Assembly (NCBI GenBank): GCA_045837725.1
Contig: JBEWZL010000076.1
Span: 186,001-250,000, forward strand
Origin: Vermamoeba vermiformis
Taxonomy: Eukaryota
DNA length: 64,000 nucleotides
Reading direction: 5' to 3'
Part shown: one piece after another, positions 13,046 to 25,215 of the stretch
Layout of the letters: each line of letters opens with the position of its first letter
Position numbering within the stretch: position 1 is the stretch's first letter
Notes under the pieces: generated by a model
Database searches by the model: none
What the model was told of the DNA's origin: nothing
Seen by the model: the letters and a program-made list of their open reading frames with translations, nothing else
Translations under genes and position numbers: made by a program

Positions 13046-13702
13046 TCATGAACGAAAGGCATTCGACCAAAATCTCGCCTTAATCTCCTGTTGACCGCTG
13101 TTTGACCACGAAAGCAAAAGTCTGTATGAAGCTTAAACCATAATTCTATGAATAATAATTAACGACTATAATTTTTAATGTTAAGGTACATAGCAGCGAG
13201 TGCGATTTTTGCAGCTCACTTTACGTTCATGAAAAAGTGCAACAAAATTTGCGACACCTACTTGGTAATCAATGACACAAGTCTACTCTACTTGTTACGC
13301 CATTGCATTAGTCTGGCACCAATGATAGGAGGCCAAATCGAGTTCGAGCACAAATCACGGAGGATTGGTAAGATCTGAAACGATACGTTAAAAATAACAC
13401 AATTGCAATAAATCATTCTACGTACCTGTGGCAGCTCGCGTTTGATGTAAAATAAATTACCCACATAAGTAAATTATTCCACAACTCGAGAACTTTGCTC
13501 ATCCGAAATTTGTTATCGACCAAGACGCAAGGACCTGCATAGAAAATCAATATTATTAATAGCAGCCGTTCATCCATCAGTACCTTGAGTTCACTTGCCG
13601 ATAAGGTCGCGATCCAGATTCTAGGTTTGACCAAAAACGAAATTTCGACTCAATTTAAACGTTTACGTTTCGTTACATTACAATACCTCTTTTCGTGTTC
13701 TA

Positions 13703-16700
13703 TTATAGCAATGGCACGCCCCAATATTTGCATAAATCTTCTACTTTCTGTCCTTCTGTGGCAACGATTTTACGCAGAATGTCTTGAATGAGCGGTTTGA
13801 GCTGCGGATCTTCATGCAGCTTTTGGTGATGCGGGCTAATAGGGTATAAATATCATATTTATATCAAATGATATGAGTTTTACGTACTGTGATGGCGAAA
13901 TGAGCTTATAAAGGACAGGAAGAGCGTTGTGTATGTTTTGTTCGTTCCAGAAGAATCCTTCGACCTTGAAAGTCTTTAATAAGACATTCATATGATGAAT
14001 CCAAGTTGATGGATCTTCCACAAGATCAATAACTAACACGTAGAAGGCTAAACAGTGTTGGGTCAGTTCGAGAAGATCTCGGATTTGGATCTGGAACTTT
14101 TGCTTACGTGTCGCGGCCTCAGCTGAAAATTCGTTGCTGCAATCCTTTTCGAAGAAATTCAACGCATCTAAATATAGAAATGTTATTGCTGTTGAATTAC
14201 AGTCGTTTTCTTGTTGTTTTAAGAGTAACTTACCATCCAAATGCTTCAAAACGAATGATGGATAATGTAACGCAGCAGTACCTGATTAATATCGATATTA
14301 ATTGCTATGCAATTACCGTAAATAGCTCATTACCTATGAACTCGCTTCTTTCAATAAGAGTAACTACATTCGTTCTATCCTCAGGTTCAGCGTAATACTT
14401 GACTTTCCACGCCATCTCTAACAACGGCGCCTGTCATAATAAAATTAATAAAATTAAGTCAATGAATTTGAGAGGATATCTTTGACGCACCAGCTTTGGA
14501 TTTTGGAAAGCACCAGCCCTTAGCAAATCGCACACATATGTTATTGCCATGTACGACTGATTATCAACGTCAGATTTGAGCATTGGCTCCAACATATTAT
14601 AAAGAGTATCAGTTGGTTCGGTCGGATCTTCTGCACGGATCGCAAGTAGTCCCCATAGCTAAATGAATGTTAGAATCATATTAACCCTTAAATAACGGGG
14701 AAAGCGTGGCGTTGACAAAGTTTGACTTTCTACGAAATTTCATAAAGAATTTTTTCTCGGCTCTATCGATAAATTTTTCGAGCCAATTACCACGACTATA
14801 CTACATAGTTGTGTAAATAATATTAAAAATTAAAAATTATTGTATCGGTTGCCAAAAAATTTGATTTGACCGTCACGTTTAAAGGGTTAATTCATTATTC
14901 GTATTATTCTTACTGCCACTACGCCTTCATGAAGGGTATTATGAAGGATGTTGTTGATTGCCGCTCCGTCCTCATTACTATTAATCCAGGCTAATAGTTT
15001 CGCGACAACGTCCTTCGTCAAAAAGTTCTTCGATCCATTGTCCAACAGTGTTCTCAACGTCTATTAAGTATTATTAATGAGTCTCCTTTAAGAATGATTG
15101 CTTACCTTGTAGAAAGAATCGGTTACTACTTGACTTGATTGCAGATTAGTATGACGGAGAAAATCGACGACGGATGCCGCGATCTGATCAGCCACTTCGG
15201 CTGAGTTTGTCTGCTTTTGAGTCAGGAAACAGGCTGTCATCGCTGTGTAGAAATTAGGCAATCTGAGGTTGTCTAAATAAACGTCAAGTGTTAGCAAATA
15301 ATTATTTTCAGATATTCGGGATCCTGAATCCGTACTGTACTCTGTTTTAAGAAAATTTAAAATCTGAGGAAGGAGCTTCTTGACTTGTTCGTCATTATGC
15401 ATTCCCAACACTAATGTCGTCAGTAGATTCAACAGCTCTCGAGTTCCATATTGAGTAGGAAAATTATGCTCGCCCTCTTCGCTGTCATCATCGTCATCAG
15501 AGAATTCCATTCCATTCATTGGCATCATGCCACCTTTCATTTCTTTATCGTTATTATCATCCTCTTCCATCTCATCTTGCGACTTTTCGTCGAATTCATC
15601 GTCATCGTCTTCGTCGTCTTCTTCATCATCTTGATCCATCGAGTCAAAGTCAGACATTTCGTCCTCTTCAATATCTTCATTCGGATTGTTTTCGGCTCGT
15701 CGTTGAGCAATTCTTTTTCCAATTATGGAAATAAGCAATGAAAAGAAGTTCGGAGGAAGTTTCTTGTGCGGGATCATGTTCACTTCTTCGCCGAATTTCA
15801 ATAACAATATTTCGGTAGCTTCTTTAGGGTCTCTTTCGTACTCTTCTAGCGCCGCTTTGAGTAGTTCCGTATTTGAAAATGCATTTACACCAAGTAAAGT
15901 GCTATTGGCCGGATCTGTGATTGTAGAAATGACAAGTTCTTTGTACTATCAAATAATAACGTTAATATGGGCTTATAGCATCAATACGCATACTATATTA
16001 TATTAGAATGAAGGTTACCTCAGATACTTTTTCGCAGGCAATTGCTAGCTTGATGATCCACTTGTCCGCTTGGTCTTTTGCCGCTTTCGACTGCTCGCCC
16101 ATTTTTTTCAATTTATCGAACAGAATTTGTTGCTGTTCATCTGTTAATAGCCAAACGAACGTATTATCGTGAGTCAAAAATCTGTCCATCACTTTCACTT
16201 TCCACCTAAAAACGAATTAATAATGAGATAGTAATTTACGAATAATACGTACTTTTCTTCCAAATCGAGTAATACTTCTAACAAGAAACTGCAAGCTGCA
16301 TTCATTTTTGGATCTTCACGTGGCTTCGTCTAAAATTCAAAATAAGTATTGTTCTTATAATCAGTATAGAGCGAGAATCATACCGATTCGTCCTTAAGAA
16401 CTTCGTAATGATATAATATCAATGTTTTGTCTGTCGTTGGACCGGTTGGAGTTGGCACCGAATTCCACCTGAAAAAAATTCTTAATTGTCGCTGGAATTA
16501 TAATCAATATAACGTACCACTCAGCTAACTGTTTGACATCTGTAGGCTCGTGCAATAAATTTTGCAAATGATTCTTGAAGATGGCCAAGGTCAATGCCTC
16601 GCGGGCAGTTTTAGGCGGAGAAATTGATTTGAACGCATCCATGAACATGTCCATAATTGATGTAGTCTCCGTTTTTAATAGGACTATATATCATATCTTA

Positions 16701-18043
16701 ATATAATCGTCTTATATATAATTAATAATACGTACCTAAATAAAAACAAAGACTTTGCATAATAAATTCAAATTGTCGCACGGAGCTGTCTTTGAACACC
16801 TAAATAAGGAATAGGAAACCATATTAGACGATCATTCGCTTATTAATATATGCTACGTGCCAACTCAGTTTCTATCTTCCAAGTATTGAGTGCCCAAACT
16901 ATAAGGCTCATTACTTCGGGCACCAAAAGGTAGCTTTGCGGATCGAGCTTCTCGCTGACCGAACCGTTGTAAAATGTTGACACAACTTGAAATAGCATAG
17001 CAATTCCTTGTTGGTACGTCAATCCCTTTCTTTCTAGTTGATAGGCAAATTGATGGGCGTATCGGACAATTGACCTAAAATTTCGAGATCAGATCTGCAT
17101 CTACCGCTTCGAATTATCGTACCATAATAACGAAAATGACATATTATCCATGTCCTTTGCTCTTTCAGCAAGTCTAATAAAATTAACTCCTATTCCCACT
17201 TGTCTAATCCGAGCAGCGTTGGCCCGCGAGATCATCACCAAATCCAACTTCAAGAAAAACTCGATAGCTCCCTCCATGGCTTCTCTATCTAGAAGATAGT
17301 TCTTGCGTAACTCCTTGTCCCAATGACGCTCTTCAAAAAATTGAGCAATGATATTGGCCACCTGTTTGAAATCCGTCTGCGTAATCCATTCTTTTTTTGC
17401 GACTCGGTCAATTAATTTCTTGATGGCTGCTTTTTGTGATTTTTTTTTGGATGGATTGGAAAGACGTGTGCTTTCATAGGCATCGTGGGATACTTGCAAA
17501 CAGTCGATAACACAAGGCCAGTTTTTCCTTTTTTTGTACAAAAATTAGTTAATGGTACGTACTAGTAATATTTACTGTTAAAATTACTTACTTTATAGCG
17601 TATACTCGTTGCCAGTCAATAAGTGCATCTAATTTTAATCGTTTTAGTAATTCGCGGGCAAAATATCTTTTTGAATGCTTAAAAAACTTTGAGCTTACCT
17701 CCTTCCTTGGTGGGAATAAGCCAATTACGTTTACAATCTTTTTCTTTTGGCAAGTGAGCGAATGATTCAACGCATTTTTGTCTCCAAAGCTCGTTATCGT
17801 TGCTCATCTGAAACCATCTTTTACACACTCGTGCACAGGTGCCTAAAATAATTCAATATAATTTTAATATATTATTTAGTAATTTAATTGACGATGATTA
17901 ACAAAAATTAAGCTTTATGACCATAATTGTGTCGATCGCGATCAACAGTTCTTACCAATGAACGAAAGATCCACGTTCTTGATGAAAGCCAATAAGACCT
18001 CTTGTGGCCAGTTATTTATATCGTTCATATCAGACCCTTGCAT
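13703..18043 (-). CDS. F-box protein with long helical C-terminal region and acidic tract (paralog B), multi-exon
   Basis: F-box INNWPQEVLLAFIKNVDLSFIGTCARVCKRWFQMSNDNELWRQKC; shares blocks such as LLKFGEE and YGTRELL with paralog A. Confidence 0.85.
14685..14886. mobile_element. Non-autonomous piggyBac-like MITE (~202 bp) in an intron
   Basis: TTAA (14681-14684) CCCTT...AAGGG TTAA (14887-14890); removing it shrinks the 255-nt intron to 49 nt, matching the ~50-nt equivalent intron in paralog A. Confidence 0.75.
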
Positions 18044-18211
18044 TTTGATCCGGAATGCTTTGTGCTCTGGTTTGGTAGAAGATTACAAAATTAATGGAGG
18101 ACTTTTCTTTATCAACTTAACTAATCGGCTCACTGCAACCAGCAATGCATTAACTAACAATATTAATACTATTTATTACATAAGTTCGGCCTCCGAACTC
18201 GAAGCTTGGAA
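18044..18211. promoter_or_regulatory. Short bidirectional promoter region between F-box paralog B and Pol lambda
   Basis: 168 bp between two divergent ATGs; partly conserved in the duplicated copy at about 11711-11903. Confidence 0.6.
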
Positions 18212-21102
18212 ATGGCAACTAAATCCAACAGTTCTACAACCAAACCAAAGATTGCACCCATTTTTAATGACTTAAATATTTATATAATTAGCAAAGGTAT
18301 TGGCTCTATTCAGCTCCGAGTAATCCAAGAACAAATCCAAAAAAGAGGTAAATCTGAAATTATTTAAAATATTCAGGGATATTCTAGCGGTGGCTCCGTT
18401 GTATTCCATCTACTATTATATTATATAATACGGTCCATAATTTAATTTTCAAATTTCAAGGTGGCAAATTGGCGGCAAGACACGATCAAGCAGCAGATCT
18501 TATTATCTCCACATTAGATTATTTTAAGACGTTAGAAGCTCTTGGAAATACTAAAGTAAATACTAAATACCATAATTATAATCATATTAATGCTTTTCTA
18601 GCCACGAGCCCGAATCCACAAGTTGGCTTGGATCACGGAAAGCTTGTCCCGTGGAAAAAGAGCCGGCGATAGTGAATTCTTATTAGAAGCATATTCAGCC
18701 GAATTATCAACCAAACCAGGTGCATTACAACGAACTCAGTCGGATCTGGGAGCCACCAAGAGTTTCCTAAAAAGGAAGTTGGACGATACTAGCGGCCCTA
18801 TCTTCACTCCTCCCGCAAAAAAAGCAAAAACAACCGATCATAAGTTCGAATTGAATATAAAGAAGGGCGGATTAGCGTTGTCTTATGAATTAGATGCTGC
18901 TGATATCGAAGAATTGCCGCTCGAAAAAATCAAGAAGCCGATCGGATCTGCTGCGACAAGAAATAAGCTGCCACTTCTTCATAGTGCATCACAGCCTGTA
19001 TTATCCTTCGAGAAGAAAGATTCGTCACAATCATCGTCATCCTACGAATGCGAAGACCATTTGAAGAAATCTCAAGAGTTATCTCCGCAAGGCAAAAAAA
19101 AGCCCGATATTAATCCATTTTTGGCATTATTAAGGCAATCTTCGCAGCCTGTAAATACGAATGGATTCGAAGAATTAAATCAAACGCAAGAATCGAGTTC
19201 GGCTGGAAGCACACCGGCGACAAGTCCGACTGGCAAATTTAACAGCCCGCCAAGTAATAAGAATAATAGCAATATTAATAGAACTCCGTTTTTACGAAAT
19301 TCAACGAGCCCTGAATCACCGCCGAAAAGAGCGATGAGAATGATCAAAGGAAATTCATTCGCGAAGTTGTTGTTCGATGAAGAAAGAGATAGTGGCGAAG
19401 AATATGATACAGATGAAGAAGAAATGATTTTAGAATTGAAAGAAGAAAAGAAAAGAGGCAAAATTGCCAAAAAAGGAAATTCCGTTACAAAACTTGAAAG
19501 AACGTCTAGCGACTTGGCGAAGCTTTCAGAAATGGACGAATATATTCCTACAGACTCACAAGCGGTATTTTTCGATGAAAATTCGAATGATCCAACCACA
19601 CCACCGGCCTATTCGAAATTTCTGTACAACGTAACACCAGAAGAAAAAGAAAAACGAGATCGAAGGCGACAGTACTTTGTTTGCCAAAAGACACCGCAAC
19701 AGTTACAAACCGAGACTAACGTTAACAAATTACTGACTGATCAGTTACAGGTAAGTTACTGAGCTTCGAGCAGCCTTGCCAGATCCGCTACACAAAAACC
19801 CAAATTTTTTTTGACTCAAAATAATTCATCCGCTTAATTTTAATAGATATTACTATATACCTAATGCTGTTATTATAATTAGATATTGGAACAGAACTGT
19901 CAGACTAAAGGCGATAAATGGCGCAGTTACGCGTACAGAAAAGCCATTGCGGTGCTTAAAGCGACTAAATTCGAGATTAAAACTGCTGAACAGGCCAAAA
20001 AACTTCGTGGTATCGGCGCTAAGATTGCAGATAAGGTAAATATATTTGTACAAGTAGAATGCTAGAACCGTTCTAATTATCTTCAGATCGGTGAAATTCT
20101 AAGTACTGGTACACTTCGAAGAATTAAATCTGAAGCAGAAGATGAGATGACAAAGACATTAGTCATGTTCTCAAAAGTTTTTGGTACGTCAGATCTGCCC
20201 TGAAACCCACATGACTTAATTTCTTTTGTTCGGTTAGGTGCTGGTCCAGAGACCGCAAAAAAGTGGTATGCAAAAGGCTATCGTACTATAGAAGATTTGA
20301 AAAAGTCAGACAAATTGACTGCACAGCAAAAAGTTGGTGTCAAGTACTACGAAGAATTTCAAAAACGAATCCCACGCGAAGAAGTCGATACCTTGTCGGG
20401 GATTGTATACAAACATGCGCTTGATATCGATCCTGAATTTATTATGGAAGTTTGTGGTAAGTCAGACCGAGCAACGGATGTGGATCCGGCGTCGCTAATT
20501 ACGATCCATTATTCCCTGTAGGATCGTATCGAAGAGGCAAAAAAGATTGCGGAGACATCGATGTTCTTTTGACCCACAAGACCAACAGACCTATCGATGG
20601 TGCAATGGAAAAGTTGATCGACGCACTGACGGAGATCGGGTTCTTAACGGACCACTTGACAGATCCACACAAATCGAAAGAAAACGACAAATATATGGGT
20701 AAGCTACAATGAATCTAAATTCGTGGTATTTGCTAATCTTTCTATTTGCGCAGGTGTTTGTCAATGGGGTGATTTGCCACACCGTCGGATCGACATTAAA
20801 ATTGTCCCGAAAGAAGAATGGTGGCTAGCACTGCTTTATTTTACAGGCTCGGATCATTTTAATAGGTAAGTAGTCCCTATACTAACTGGACTTATCCTCA
20901 AACACGAAACTTAATGTGCGCGTTACCCGTCAGATCCATGCGCTTGTGGGCACGAAGGCACGGCTACCAATTAACTGAGAAACATATCGTGAAGAGGTAC
21001 GCAGAAGAGGTGCTTGGAGAACCCATTCCTGTCAACTCCGAGCAAGATGTATTTGCTGTGTTGGGCTTGGAATATCGACCACCGAACGAACGAGAAGTGT
21101 GA
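18212..21102 (+). CDS. POLL: Family X DNA polymerase, lambda-like (BRCT + Ser/Pro-rich linker + 8-kDa/lyase + polymerase core), multi-exon
   Basis: BRCT-like WITESL; Hh[10 protein letters not shown] and [59 protein letters not shown]. Confidence 0.9.
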
Positions 21103-21577
21103 ACTTTATTCCGCTAACTCTAACAGACATAGAAGATGGAGTTTGACTACAATCTCTTCTATTAGCTCAACCAATGCGCTATTGGTCAATACGCCCATTC
21201 CTATAATAACAACTGCTGACTAACAGTGCGTCATGACACGCGTTTGGATGCACAAGAAAGAGCAATTGATCAAGAAATAAACTGCGTCATATTTACTTCA
21301 TATATTGGAAGCGATTATACGTAGCGTTTGAATTCTCGAATTTTGCTGGTAACTGCCAAGAATTACGAAGTTTGCCGGAAGATCTGCGCGTGTACTAACT
21401 CAATACGATATACATTACCAAAACAAAGTTAATCGGATTCTAACTACCTGCAAAGCTCAAAAGAAACTTCGAAGTTTGTAGGTGGGAGGCTAAATCCGGC
21501 GTCAACCAGGGTTGGTAAACAAAGGTAAATTCGAGCTCCGTTCTTTTTATTCACTCACCTCGTCCACACTACACACA

Positions 21578-22784
21578 ATGTCAGACAGAACTTACAGAAT
21601 TTACGTTGGCCGCTTGTCCAACCGCGTTCGTGAACGCGATTTGGATGAGGTTTTCGGAAAGTTCGGTAAAATCAGAAAGATTGAAATGAAGATGGGCTAC
21701 GCCTTTGTTGTAAGTATTTTTTAGTGACTTATTCCATTTTTTCGAATTTTCCTAGTGAGCTGTAAGGTTTTTATTAATTTTTTTCTTTTTTCAGGATTAC
21801 ACCGACAGACGAGATGCCGAAGATGCTATTCACGATTTGGACGGTCGTGAAATGGACGGTCAACGCATTGTCGTAGAAATGTCGCGTTTCAGCGGTGGTG
21901 ACCGCAAAGACGATCGCCGACGTGACGATCGCGGTCGTGGCCGCTCTCGTTCTCGCTCCAGATCTCGCTCTCGCTCACGCTCTAGAGGCAGAGGAGGCCG
22001 AGGCGGTGACCGTCGTAACGGAGGTGATCGTTGCTTCAACTGTGGTGATATGGGCCATTGGTCCCGAGATTGCCCAAAACCCGGTGCCGGGTAAGTCTTT
22101 GTATTTCATATTAATAGTAGCAATAGCAGTAGATACTTCATATATATTATATAGTATTGGATTGGTGTTCTAAAAATTATGGCTAATTATTGGTGTGGCT
22201 GCCCATTTTCGCTCGTGCTCTCTTGAGATGGCGTGGCGGATCTCTTTTGGCAAATTTAATTTCTTTAGCGTTTGATGTACCTTATATTATTCGAGTGATG
22301 TATAGTCAGTACGCATTCGAATATGTACGGTGAATCAAACGCGAAATTTTTGCATTTTTTTTGGCTGGATGCTCTTTGGGTCTGAATTAGTGCTAGCTCG
22401 GGAATATGGCGTTTATATTAATATGGGTCACCCTTTATATGTAGCACAATAATAGTCCTCATATGTCATTGCTTACTAATAATTTTTCAGAGGTTGCTTC
22501 AACTGCGGATCTCAAGGCCACCTTGCTCGTGAATGCAAAGAAAAGTAAGCTTAGATATACTCTATATAGTTAATAGGTGCCTAATAGTATCGATTAGGTG
22601 GGGTATCAGAAGAGAACGTGAATCTGGTCGCGGAGGTAGCAGACGCTCACGCTCCAGATCCCGCAGCAGATCTCGCTCTCCTCGCAGATCCAGAAGTCCT
22701 TCACGAGACCGTAGCCCGCAACGACGAAGCCCTTCGAGAGATCGCAGCCCTCGCAGTCCCGTTAATGGCGATGATAAGCAGTAA
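21578..22784 (+). CDS. SR splicing factor: RRM + RS tract + two CCHC zinc knuckles + RS tail (SRSF7/RS2Z-like)
   Basis: RIYVGRLS...GYAFV RRM; CFNCGDMGHWSRDC and CFNCGSQGHLAREC; RS repeats. Confidence 0.9.
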
Positions 22785-23367
22785 AGTAATGTAGATCCGG
22801 CACTGCAATATTGCCACGAGCAATAAATTTCATTGTGATTTTAGTCGTTAGTAGATCGTTTACTATGTCATTTAACGCGATCATTTGTTTAGTTACAATA
22901 GTTCTTTACGCTCGCCAAGCGGCACTGATGGCAATTTATCGAAACAGTTGGACGCGATCTCATGCTCCATGCTTCAATTGAAACTGGAGACAACAGCAAA
23001 ACTACAGTCTCTCCGGGTACTATACCTATTGAGATTATTGTGGCTCAACTTTGTACGATAGCGACGACGTGAAGATTAATCACCGCTAGTAGACTAGACC
23101 GCGTACAGTACTAGAGCAGCATCATAGACCGACAACGTGCTTGATTTCGTTCCATGGCCAAACCAGTCCACCACACGATTAAACAAAGAAGGCACGGTCG
23201 CGGGTAATTTATATCAGATCTGAGTTCAAGAATAGGTTTGCTAAGTTCTTAATGAGAATGGCTCGCTTAGGCGTACCTAAGTAGGTTATTAGATCAGCTA
23301 CGCCCAATATAGAGGAAGAGTCCTATATTACAACGCCTCGGCACCAGAAGACTAAGAGTACTCACCA

Positions 23368-23415
23368 GATCTCGCGAGATCAGTACTGATCTACCGTCGG
23401 TTATTTATTATAAAA
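23368..23415 (+). promoter_or_regulatory. Overlapping GATC palindromes followed by a TATA box upstream of the surface-protein gene
   Basis: GATCTCGCGAGATC (23368-23381), AGATCAGTACTGATCT (23377-23392), TATAAAA (23409-23415). Confidence 0.5.
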
Positions 23416-23565
23416 GGGAATCAATGATCTTGGATCTGGCCAAAAAAGGAGCTAAACATTTATTTGAATCGACTTCAATCTCCAACAATCTGCGCTTTTT
23501 TTGCCAAACTAAGCCGGATTCACTTTTACTATTGTTTTTGGAGTTCGATAACAGTACGGCAAACA

Positions 23566-25049
23566 ATGAGAGTTTATATCGCAGTATTGGTAGCCTTGTC
23601 GGCTGTGCTCGGTAGTTTCGCGTTACAAGTAAGTAGATCCGGATGTAGTACTTTAATTTTAACCAACTGAAAAAACGTACCATTTAGAAAATCGATGCTA
23701 GTAGCTTCCCCACCATTGCGCAAGAAACAGACGTCGCATTTCGCTACTCATCAGGAGGTGGAGATTTATTTGTAAAATCCTTTAATGATGGAATCAGAGT
23801 ATTTCGAGTTGATAGCTTTGGTCAAATATCGCATGTAGCGAATATCACCGCCGCAGAACAAACACCAGTATTCACCAACGGAAAATTAATTGCGTCAACA
23901 ACATCCAGCAAAGTTGATATTTGGAAATACTCTGGGGGCGTAGTTTCTCAAATGGGATCCATTACTATGTCTTCTAGTTACGACATGGGTGCAATTCTCT
24001 CGGATGATTCGATTTTACTCGTCGTCAACTCACTGACTGTCAATACATACATCTACAAAGACAACGTATGGACTCAAGTAAACATCTTCAATGCCAATAC
24101 CTCCATTTACACTACTGGTCTCACCCCAACTGTACAAATCACTGATCAATTCATCTTCGTATCTGGCGGAGTGTCCCAAGGCAGCGTAGATCGAAACCGA
24201 TTTTTCAGGATCTACACCAGAAATGCCGACTATTCTTGGACGTTAACGGATTCAGCGAACTTACAATTCCCAACTATCTATCAAGTTCCTACTCTCATGT
24301 ATAATGGCGCAGATACAGTTTTTGCTACATCCAAAGACGCGGATGTTGACGGAAGTGGCATCGTTGGAATAATCTATATTGTGACCAAGACAAATAACAA
24401 ATGGGTTTCTGCCCGAAATATCAGCGCCGTTTCACTTGGATACACCGGAGAAACAAGACTCGGCGAAATAGCTCGTATCGTTAATCAAAGAACTGCTGTG
24501 TTTAGTGCTACTACCGCGAAAAACGATCTCGGCAAGCCTAACGGAGCTGTCTTTTTGTTGAATCAAAACGCCGATGGCTCATGGAGCACTGAAGTGAGCT
24601 TCTATACCTCAGACTGGAATGTGTACTTTGGAAGAAATATCGACACTACCGCTAAGTACGTGGTGATATCTTCGCTGGCACTATACCCCGTCGATCAATT
24701 GCTACTCCAGACGTTGCCGAGTTGCCCACTATCTCCCATTGCCACCTCGTGCCCGGATGTACCCTTCAATAGCTCGGGCGCGACTTGCCAATTTGGAGAT
24801 GCCGATAAATACCAGTTTGTTACCAATCCAGAGTGTGGTGCATTCAGGGCGACTCAGTCCTCCGTTTCCACAAATGGTAATAATCTGACGTTGACCTACA
24901 CTTTTGAACGAGATCTCGTCGACCCGAAAACCTGCACTTTCAACATGGTTTGCAGCCTGCCCAAGAAGAACGGTGGATCGGCTCAATCGCTGTCGTTACT
25001 TGCTATGGTCTCCATCGTCGTTAGTGTTTTTTACGCAATTGTCATTTAA
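23566..25049 (+). CDS. Secreted/GPI- or TM-anchored beta-rich surface protein (FG-GAP/propeller-like + Cys domain), paralog 1
   Basis: Signal peptide MRVYIAVLVALSAVLGSFA, one intron after the signal exon, N-glycosylation sequons, hydrophobic C-terminus; shares VFTNGK, LSDD, NPxCGA and FERDxV with its neighbour. Confidence 0.8.
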
Positions 25050-25215
25050 ATTTTAAATAAATTAACTAAAGTAACTCCCACAGATCCAAATTAGTACATC
25101 GAAATTTTTGTTGCAGATCCGCAATACTTAACAACGAGATTAATCTCCGCGATCACGCCATTAATATCAAAATCAGCAAGCATCCAACCACCGTTTACTT
25201 TTAACTTTTGGGAAG

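Noticed and set aside
22294-22385. Possible C/D snoRNA (GTGATGT...CTGA) in the SR-gene intron
   Set aside because: Imperfect C box, no convincing terminal stem and no recognisable rRNA complement.
21940-22770. Short tandem-like repeats
   Set aside because: These encode RS dipeptide repeats of the SR protein and are not a CRISPR or satellite array. No CRISPR array was seen anywhere in the window.
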